From assembly GCA_000708835.1 (NCBI GenBank), contig DF237314.1, forward strand, positions 1 to 64,000: a stretch of 64,000 nucleotides of DNA, given 5' to 3'. This stretch comes from Klebsormidium nitens. Taxonomy: Eukaryota; Plantae; Klebsormidiophyceae. Below, piece after piece: positions 11,657-23,652 of the stretch; the first letter of the stretch is position 1, and each line of letters begins with the position of its first letter. The translations under genes were made by a program, and so were the position numbers. The notes under the pieces were generated by a model that was not told the DNA's origin, ran no database searches, and was given only the letters and a program-made list of their open reading frames with translations.

Positions 11657-14600
11657 TCAACTAAAGTTCAAATCAATCGCTCCTCGTTCGTCCTCGGGAA
11701 CTTCCAGCGTCGCATACAAGAGCTGCGTTTCCCGGGCCCCCAACACGGCTTCTACGTCCTTCTTTCTATCCGTCATTTTCGCTTTGACTTTATCGTCCAA
11801 ACACACCGCCAAGGGACTCAAATTCTGCAGGCTGGCCGCCTCTCCCTTGAGGCCCTTGCCTGGCGGAAGTTTCTCACGATTGAAATGAGGAGTTTGCGGC
11901 TCCAATTGCGGTTGAGTCTCTTGTTTGAGTACAGGCACGTCAGCGGGATGCGGACTCTGCTCCATTGTCTGGAGAGCTTTTCGACGGCCGGTCCACCGGG
12001 GCACACGGCTGAGAAGACCCGCTAGCCTCCCTGCGAATGGAAAGGCAAGTTGGTTCTAGACTTTGGACGCACGTACTGGGGATTGCGTAAGACCTGATAC
12101 CGGTGGACACTGCCCGTCGCACACTATCCCGCAACATCCTATCTAAATGCTACAGTCAATAAGGCATTGTACAGGACGGGTTTGGCCTCGGTTTCGTGCC
12201 GAGCTACCACACCGACTTCATACCACATGGTCGCCTCTTCTTGTATCGCAACCCTTGAAAGGGTTGGGCGAAATTACAGACAAGTATACGGCTTATAAGC
12301 AGGGAGTTTGTGCAAGATAGTTTGTGACGGACAGCGTCCACCGGTATCAGGTTGACGCAATCACCAGTACAAGAAGAGTCCGGACAACTTTTGGCAATTG
12401 TGCGCAAGAGTGCGCGTCTTGAGGTTTACTGAAAGTGAACTGGGTCAGTGCATGCCACAAGCATCCAAGAATATGGTACCAGAAGAGCAACGACCCAGCA
12501 AGCCGTCCAGTTCGCCGGTGTATTTACGATCGGCCGAGAAGGAGCGAGACGGAGCGTGACCAGTAACCCGACGCACTGAGCCCTTGGAAAAAAACCCTGT
12601 GCTTCTGGTTATCGCACAGATTACTTAAAGGGTAGCGAAAGCGATACGGCGATAACCATGACCACCCGAAAGGAGAGGGAAAACATGGCAGAGTGCTGGC
12701 ATACCTGAATGGTGCTTCGCCCCGTCGTCGTACTCGTCGAGTGTCCAACCAATCTCGCGGACCGCCGCCTCGTGCTGCAAGGACCAAATGCAGAGACCAT
12801 CAGGTTTCCACACAGCTGTCCACGATACCCATGCATGTTCAATACGAGATTCGGATCTGACCAGACCCAACCCGGCGGAACCGCCTCTTATTAAAGCCAA
12901 TACAGCACCCGCGGAAAGACTCTTTTCCGGCGATCCAAACCCCAAAAGAGTCCGAGTGCTGGGCTTGTTGTCAGCATGCTGAGGCGCAGCCCTGCCATCG
13001 GCTCTGGCTATTACCATCCAAACATCTGTAGGTGTGCTTGCAGGGCCTCGAGTAAGAACAGGAATCTTTTGCAATATGTACTGCCCGTGCTTTGGTTCCT
13101 CTGCTCATTCGAAATAAGAAATTTTTCTCTCAGAGGTTTCCTGATCACGGAAGTCTTCTGCCTAGTACGTTTATCTAGAGCCGGTGAAGCTCACCTCCGA
13201 AGGTCGAATTCCATGCCGCTGCCGGAACTCCCGCAGAGCCTTCTTCTCCTCGGGGCTGACGCGTCCCGCCGAGCAGATGCCGCCCAGCACGTCCTGCAAG
13301 CACCGTGCCCGCGATCAGCAATACTCCTATGAATTAGGTAGGATAGTTTCTAGGTAGGGTAGTAAGAGTCCCCGGCGAAAAGCAGAACTAAAAATCTAAA
13401 CCGACAAAAGTACCCGCTCCGCACCCTTACCCACCCTAACCCCAAAAGCAACCCCACCCGCTCGCCGGGCCGTGACCACACCTATCTAAAACTATCCTAC
13501 CGTATAGGTCTGTCTATCAGCAAGGCGGTGGGAGATTTGCGCAGACCTAAACACCAAACTTTTATACGACAATCAGCGGCCCAACGAGACTCGAAAAGAA
13601 TGCTAATCTTGTGTGCGTACGCTCGAATCTGAATACTTCCACTTCCCATGCATCCTCGTAAGGATCGGTACAAAGGCTTTGACATTTGAAATAGTAGACT
13701 GCGAACCAAACAAGACTGATCAGGCACACCTTATCTCCTGGAAACGTGTCCATGGACCTCTAGAGTGCATGGTACCGAAGACGCAGCAAACCGTCTCGTA
13801 TTACATACTCGGAGACAGTTCGCATATTTCTTCTATACCACGGAGGAAGGCGTGATTGATGCAGCGATGAGTAGGCAAGCAAACCAGTTGCCGCGGCCTG
13901 ACCTTGTACGTCTCCAGGCTGCGGTCCTTGCTGAGGTTGCGCTTGGCGAGCTTGGTGGCGAGGTCCGAGTTGATGGTTGCGGAAACGGACAGGATCAGGC
14001 TCGGGTCGTTGGCAAGCACCTGGCGCAACCTGCAGATACACTTTCCGCTCTTAGGCAGATAATGATTGAAATAAAGATTACACGAAAGCGGGCACGACGC
14101 AGACAAACTTCACCCATTTAGCAAGGTAACAGTCTTTTGAGGAGGGACACGAAGCTCGTTCTTAACCAAATAGCATTTATCCAAGAAGAAAGACGAGTCT
14201 CGATCAACCGACAGTCATCCGAGACTGGACACCATTCTCGCTAAGGTTCAGGAAGGAGACAATCGAGAACAAACACGGGAAGAGGGATTTCATAGCGATT
14301 TCCGTGAACCGCAGACTGAAGGTTTTACTGGTAAAGCTCCCGTTCGGAAAGCTGTATGTTGGAGGACGGACGTTCGATCCAGGTGACAACTACGAAGTTC
14401 GTGTCACGCACTTCGCGGTTTCACCAAATATGCACAGCCAATCACGAATGTGCGAAAACATCAGAAGCGGCATAAGCAGGCCTGCCAAATGAGCCTGGGC
14501 CCAGCCAAAGCTTTTTTCTATGCAGACTCGGGATAAAGGAACTCCGTTTTACGGGCTATTCCTGACGTGCCGCGGGCGTATGCAGCCGAAATACGACAGC

Positions 14601-17600
14601 AGAACAAACAACAAGCCACACCGAACAAAAAAAACAGACCTCAGACGGGAACAAGATATATTTCTTACTTGTGCTTATCCCAGACCACGACTTTGGTCGG
14701 CACCAGAGTCGTGACGGTGGCACCCGCCAGGTGCCCTTTCGCGAGGAGCGCCGTCTCGCCCACGAGGCTGCCCCGCTGGACCTGCCCCACCGCGCCGCCG
14801 TTCACTGTTACCTCCGCGCACCCGCTGCAGAGCGGAACCGGGATCAGCGAGAGGCAACGACTCTACAAAGGGAAAGCAACACACAGAGCGGAAACGGATT
14901 ACCGAAGTTTGATGACCTTCACCCCCGCGCACCCGCTGCAAAGCGGAAACGGAATCAGAAAGCGGAACGGTGTCACAGCGGAAACTATTTTACAGAGCGG
15001 AAACGGGGTTACAAAGGTAAATCGCCTTTACCTCCGAGCACCCGCTGCACGAGGTGGAAACGGAAGAATTGTGAGTCGGGTTTCCCTGGTGCAGGGCTGG
15101 CTTTCACGGTGATCCGAAAAGGCAGGCATGTACGCCTTTCAAATGGACAGAGCAGGCACGCTTTATCCAAAAAGGCAGGAAACTACGCTTTTGAAAAAGG
15201 CGGGCCGGAAACATTTCTAGAGGGGGGATACGTTTAGGCTGGATACGCACGGAAAGGGTAAAATGAAATCGTTAATCAGGGTCAGAGTTCTTTGTTTTCA
15301 GGCTGGGTGTTTACGGTCAGCCACAGGTGCGAGGCTTGACTAGTCCGAGAAGGCGAGCACGGTATACGGCCTTCGTATACGGCCTTCGGAGAGAGCACGG
15401 TATACGGCCTTCGTATACGGCCTTCGGAGAGAACAAATCAAAAGGGTGTTGTTCAGAAGCTAATTGAAAGCCTTGGCACGAAAAAAATAAAGCCGGAGTT
15501 CACCATGGAAGTGGACGTAGAAATGGAGAATGAATGATGCAGACTGAAGCACGAATATCTTTCGCTACAAAGGCCCTACAATCTGATCGTGACAACGAAA
15601 CCCCCGATGTGTATCAATCTCGCTGAGGCGAACCACTGAACGCACCAGCCAACGTCTGCATAAACACGGGACCGCAGGATCGTGCTCACCTAATGATGAG
15701 ATAGATGTCGTCTACTTGGTCACCCTGCTTCAGAATCTGCACAGCACCCAGAGTTCGAGGTGGCCCGTTCGCATGAGTCAGATCGACCGGACTAGACTCT
15801 GTGTGAAGTTCGGCACCTTGACGTGAATGCAACCACTTCCTTCAGACGGCGTGAGCTGTACGATTATCCAAAAGCTCTGAAAGACTGTGAATGGACGAGG
15901 TGTGATGCGTTCTGAAAGTGAGAAAACGATTCTCTTGGTCGGCCGAAACTTAGAAGAGTTCTCCTCCCTCCGCACATGGTTCATCAAGAAGGGGTGCAAA
16001 CGAGAAGTCTCGAGAAATAGTTGGATTGTGTGGCAATATTCACCTTGGTTCAATTGGATCCGAGCCCGAAAAAGTACTCCCTATGCACAATTGACTAATC
16101 CAGTCAAAACAGCTTTGCGAAACCAAGGATACCTATCATCACAATCAGGCCAATATGGATTCCTTGCTTTCATATCAAGGAGCGACATTGCCCGTCTTCG
16201 ACTTGGCACTGTTGATTTAATCGACAGAAAAAAAGACAAGCCAAACGATGGTGGCAGGTCATCGGCAAAACTTTACAAAGAAGTGCAACCCATCGTTCTC
16301 GATCCGCCTACCACGTGGTCTGTTGGCAGTTCTCGCCACTCCGCCTCTGCATAGCGCATCAGCTTTTTGAACTGGCAGGCCGTGACGCCGTGCCGCTGGA
16401 ACTCCAGCTCAAAAACGTCCAGCTCGTCCGAAGAGAACTCGACCTGCACCGGATGGAGCCTCGGTTGCGTTTTTCCCTTCTGAGTTCCAAGGTATTGTTT
16501 ATGCTTATGTTTACAACCCTAGAGCCTAAGCTTCTTGCGCACCAGCGAGAGTAAATTGGTGTCCAGATGTAATGGCTTAGGTCAGGCAGGGAATGGACTT
16601 CACGTCTGTTGACATTTTTACGTTTCTTCACAAGTTGCAAGCTTCTGAAGGACCCAAGTTGATTAGTCGTCCGTTTGCCACGTCTGGTTTGGCCTCAGAA
16701 TGCATCTTCAAAAGCTTTCACGGTTGGCGTGTCCCCTTAAGCGACTGCAGCAGTGTCCACTTGTTCATCAGGTTAGGTTCTTGTCTGTGACGCCTTTCGA
16801 ACTTGTTTACGAAGTATGGGGCGAAACTTCGACAAGCACCACATACAATATTCAAAATACTTGACTGACTTTCAAACAGGCAGTGAAGCAGCAAGAAGCC
16901 GTGTGTCCTAACAGGGCCTTTTCAAAGCTTCAATTATTTGCAGACCCTTCAATCGTGAGAACTTCGTGAAAGGAAATAAGTCCCATGACCAATTTTGTCA
17001 ACAGGCTTCTCTGGAGTAATGTGCAAAACCTCAAGACTTGGATAAGGAATAGAGTCCAGGAGAAAGGCTGACCTCGCGCCGTTCAAGGAGAAGGATGCCG
17101 ATCTGTGTGAGGTTGATGAGCAGGAAAACGCAGCCCCACATGCTGGGTATGTACATGGGCGTGGGTTGCAGCTGCAAACAAGCAGACTTACTCAATGGAG
17201 CTTAATGGCATTAGACTAGCTGACATGCACGCATGCATAAGATCTGTGCTGCCTCTCAGTATCCTTTAAGGGGCAATCCGATTAAACAAATTGAGATAGC
17301 TGAGCCAAACAGGATTGATAAAGTTTAAGAGCACATTTGGCAGTGGGAGTATACTGACGGACGCAGTAGTATGATCTGTACTGAAGCTAGGGCGGTGGAA
17401 GCGAGCGCGCTCGAATGTCAGGCTTACCATGTTGAAAGTGATCCCGCAGATGCCCCCGCAGACCATGAAACTCCTGAGGAACAGCATGTCCTGCAAAGCG
17501 CAGTTACATTGTCATCTGCTAGGTTCCTAGATTTGAAAGCCCATGCCACGTGTTCCTCCTAAATGCTTACCGTCACAACTCCCCATCAATGCCTCAATTT

Positions 17601-18605
17601 GAATGCAGACCTTGACTCCCTCAGCATTTCAATCATCTTCAGTCATTATTGACCAACCGTACTAAGTAAGTTCCTTCATGACTTTCGATTTGAGGGAAAG
17701 AGGGTGCATATGAGAGGGGCTGGAGGCACCATCGTTGCACGCAAACAATTCCTTCTTAACTGCCCCAACAAATGTAATCAATGAAGCAGTCACGGAAGAT
17801 TACCTACCTTCATAAACAGTGCGATAACTCCAAACAGACTCGCAAGGTGGCCCAAGCCAAGCAGTTGATTGCGCGTCAGTGAAGCGCGCAGCCATCCTAG
17901 GAAAGACGTTTGTTTCTTCTCGCCCCCACTCTTTGCTTGTTCGGTGGCGCCGCAGACTGCTTGTGCTAGAGTAGGATCCAGTTGGGGGTTTACACCCACA
18001 GATGTGACAGGACTAATGGGACGGGCCGCGTGGTGCTCAAGAAAGGGGGGGGGCTGTTCAGAGTAAGGTCTTATTTGCTGGAAGCCGGGAGCCACATATA
18101 GAAGGGGGTTATGTACCGCTGATTGGCTGCCCTCTGGTTTTATTCTAGTCTCAAGTGCATTTGGTGCAAAGAAGTTTCCTATTTGTGAGAGGGGTTTGGT
18201 TGTATTGGTGGGAGCAGGGTAACTTTGCAGATATCCAAATGTGACCAAGAGCTTGGCGTTGGATGATAGCTGATGCTGGTCCTTCGTGAAACCCCCAAAC
18301 ACAGGCTTGCTGGCACCAAAACCACCTCCTGAAGCCGGCTGTTTTACAGTCATTAGGGGGGTACCACACGGAGGCCTCGCAGGCTGCTCTGATTCAACCC
18401 CATGTTTTATAGCACTTGTCTGGGGCAAAGCAAAAGCTGAAAGTCTAGGAGGGGCCTGACCACTCAACCGCAAACACGCAGATTGCCTGACGGTACTACC
18501 ACAAAGCTGTGGGCACAATGCTGTCAGCTCCTGTGGAGCATGGACTGCAATGTCAGGGACTCTGCGCACGGCCTTTGCAATCTGGAAAGCCCACATTGCA
18601 TGCAT
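11657..18605 (-). CDS. Popeye-domain-like membrane protein (3 TM + cyclic-nucleotide-binding-like domain + C-terminal helical domain), ~654 aa, 10 exons
   Basis: Phase-consistent exons 18605-17808, 17490-17428, 17171-17073, 16443-16312, 15676-15630, 14824-14669, 14029-13903, 13293-13195, 12774-12705, 12030-11657, all GT-AG. Spliced core: LGHLASLFGVIALFMK|DMLFLRSFMVCGGICGITFNM|LQPTPMYIPSMWGCVFLLINLTQIGILLLERRE|VEFSSDELDVFELEFQRHGVTACQFKKLMRYAEAEWRELPTDHV|ILKQGDQVDDIYLIIS|GCAEVTVNGGAVGQVQRGSLVGETALLAKGHLAGATVTTLVPTKVVVWDKHK|LRQVLANDPSLILSVSATINSDLATKL. Start ATG (18605 or 18596) is uncertain. Confidence 0.85.
13337..13502. mobile_element. MITE-like non-autonomous DNA transposon with imperfect TIRs, TA-flanked
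   Basis: Left end GGTAGGATAGTTTCTAGGTAGG...CCCCGGCGA is the imperfect inverse of right end TCGCCGGG...CCTATCTAAAACTATCCTACC. TA lies at 13335-36 and 13503-04. The element is absent from the homologous intron of duplication unit 1 (6286-6603). Confidence 0.7.
14810..15065. repeat. Three ~110-bp imperfect repeats spanning the intron 5 / exon 6 junction of the Popeye gene
   Basis: acc(t/c)ccg(c/a)gcacccgctgca..(g)cggaaac at ~14810, ~14921 and ~15030, with additional internal agcggaaac motifs. Confidence 0.85.
15355..15430. repeat. Hierarchical tandem repeat: 2 x 38 bp, each containing 2 x gtatacggccttc
   Basis: gagcacggtatacggccttcgtatacggccttcggaga occurs twice exactly. Confidence 0.95.
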
Positions 18606-19104
18606 CTTGCTTTTTACCAAATTTGGGGCAGACGCCTTGTCCTCAGTCCGTCCTTCTAAATTCAGAAATCTGGCTCCTATCTGCATCTGGCCGAAGTGCT
18701 CTAAGCTGAAGATCCATAAACCTCCAAGCATGAGCAAAGCAGGCTCCTTCCTCTTCATTCAGATCTGCTGTTGCAGCTTCCTACACCTTAATCAGGCAGG
18801 AGAACGACAGGAACGCGGCTATTGAATCTTCCAAGTTAAACAGCAACAAAGTGTGTTGCAATTGCCTCCCTGCCCGGTTGGCCATGGCGCCTTCAAGTTC
18901 GTGATGGACGCCATGGATGCAAGTGGCCGAGTGACTCGGGTCTGGTTCGTTCTTCTTCCTTCTCAAGTTGCATTTAGTTGTCGACGATTGTCGCTGTAGC
19001 CGTCCAATCTATACAAAGTACATCATCGAACGGCTCAGAGTCACATGTATCAAATGCTTGCACTGTATCAGATCAGCTGGTTTAAAAGTTCTCAGGATTG
19101 AAAA

Positions 19105-19113
19105 TTAGGGTTT
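19105..19113. promoter_or_regulatory. Telo-box (AAACCCTAA, reverse strand) in the Popeye/panC divergent promoter
   Basis: TTAGGGTTT ~180 bp upstream of the panC ATG. Function is inferred from plant promoter knowledge only, and a 9-mer can arise by chance. Confidence 0.35.
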
Positions 19114-19290
19114 GCAACAAGGGCGCTGGTGGGCAAAGCGGGGGCAAAGCTTCAAAAGGAGGTGAAAAAGAATCCAGTCTCCAGAAGTTACTGCTCGCAG
19201 CTCGTTATTAGATTGTTGCTTTAGCCAATCCGCGCAGCGGCCTTTCTGAAAGCTGCAAGCTTAGGCTGAGGCTGGATTTTCATTGCAACC

Positions 19291-22343
<3,053 letters not shown>

Positions 22344-23309
22344 GTTCCCCGTAGGTAGCTTATAGTCTGTCCTTACTTTCTGATACGTGAGGCCTTATTT
22401 ATAGATTCGATCTGCGACCAGCCCATCGTGGTCCGGGGTCGATAGCACGTCTGCCACCGCTCTGGAAGGTACACCTGATGCATTGCTCGAATGTAAAAGG
22501 GTCACAGTCCACTTTGAGATTTATTTTGGGCTTGCGCAACGGCGCTCGTTCAACCATGAATTCATGCATGCACTATCATTCAGCTTTGCGCAATTTGATC
22601 CGGAGAATTGTATGACGGTCATGATATGACGATGATAGAGCTGCATTTGTGTATATCGACGGGTCCGACGCACATGTTGCGTGCATGGCCCCCACGTACC
22701 CGCCTCTAGCCCAGTGTGCAAGCGACGACGACTCGCTTACCGGTCCAAGGTAAGATCGAGTAGTCGAGCTTGCGCCGGTAATTGCAAGTCACATGTGCAT
22801 GGCTCGATAATGCAGTTATAGCTCTAAACCGCCAGTACATAATTCCTTTGCTCACTGCTATAACTAGGCATGCTATGCATGTGGGCTTCTATGAGGGGCC
22901 GGCTGCAGATCGTGCGCCTAGTATCTTCAAAGGCGATTGAACTAGGTTCATGACAAAGCCATTCACACCACATCAATGGTATGCCATGCATGGTGTACGC
23001 AGATTGCATTCGCATGACGGATAGCACTTATAACACAATTCCGGAGGAAAACAAACTCTGTTCTGCCTTGGTAGAATAGTCTCAGACGAACGTGTAATTA
23101 AGTTTTAGCATACCGTTGAGCCGTGCAAACGTTCTGGTCGTTATGTAAACGATACCGATGCGTATTGGCTTCGGTCGAAACAACTGCAGTCTATGCTTAG
23201 CACGACTCTAACCTATAAAATCTACTTGAGCAATCAGGTAATCACCACTTCTCTTACTAATGACCACAAATGCAACAAAGGCAAAGCATCTCGTCTGATC
23301 CAGCATTAA

Positions 23310-23389
23310 TCAAACCACTTTCCCGGCCTTAATCTCGCTTTTACCGTTCTCAAACCACTTTCCCGGCCTTAATCTCGCTTTTACCGTTC
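23310..23389. repeat. Exact 40-bp tandem duplication in the panC / Ca-ATPase convergent intergenic region
   Basis: tcaaaccactttcccggccttaatctcgcttttaccgttc occurs twice. Confidence 0.95.
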
Positions 23390-23652
23390 GCATACTCGCC
23401 GTTACCATTTGCCACCGGTAAATGCCCCGAGGCAACACCAGCTGGGGTTTCACCAGCCTGAGCCAATTCGATTGCAGCTCCTGGACAGGCCATTGGACAG
23501 AGATGCCGTCAGTAAAGCAGCAATTTATTTCAACCCGCGATCGGACGCCATTTGTGACTTATCTGGGCCTAGAAGCAAAGCATGAAGCGGCTCAGCTGAG
23601 GTATGAGTGAGCAACCTCATCTAATAGAGAGAGCAGCAGCAGAAGGATCTCA

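Larger units (their letters stand above)
7190..14050. repeat. Tandem segmental duplication, unit 2 (continuous with the intact Popeye gene)
   Basis: Same colinear blocks as unit 1. Boundaries are approximate. Confidence 0.9.

Noticed and set aside
11700-11830. LAVCLDDKVKAKMTDRKKDVEAVLG looked like the Brr2 helicase N-terminus
   Set aside because: Short similarity only; the segment is in frame as the tail of the Popeye gene and no other Brr2 sequence is nearby.
11405-12025. 206-aa plus-strand ORF
   Set aside because: Overlaps the terminal Popeye exon antisense; no motif and not conserved as an ORF in duplication unit 1.
14810-15065. Spaced direct repeats that might suggest a CRISPR array
   Set aside because: Eukaryotic intron, degenerate repeats derived from an exon junction, spacers related to each other, no cas genes.
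14567-15237. 181- and 188-aa plus-strand ORFs with repeated AHPLQSG motifs
   Set aside because: Produced by the intronic tandem repeats and the antisense of Popeye exon 6.
15887-16354. 155-aa plus-strand ORF inside Popeye intron 4
   Set aside because: No ATG start, no recognisable domain, overlaps exon 4 antisense.
18830-19000. Plus-strand peptide QSVLQL...FKFVMDAMDASGRVTRVWF resembling a MULE/FAR1 transposase fragment
   Set aside because: Under 60 codons, no catalytic DDE region or TIRs, lies in a short divergent promoter; not distinguishable from chance without an HMM search.
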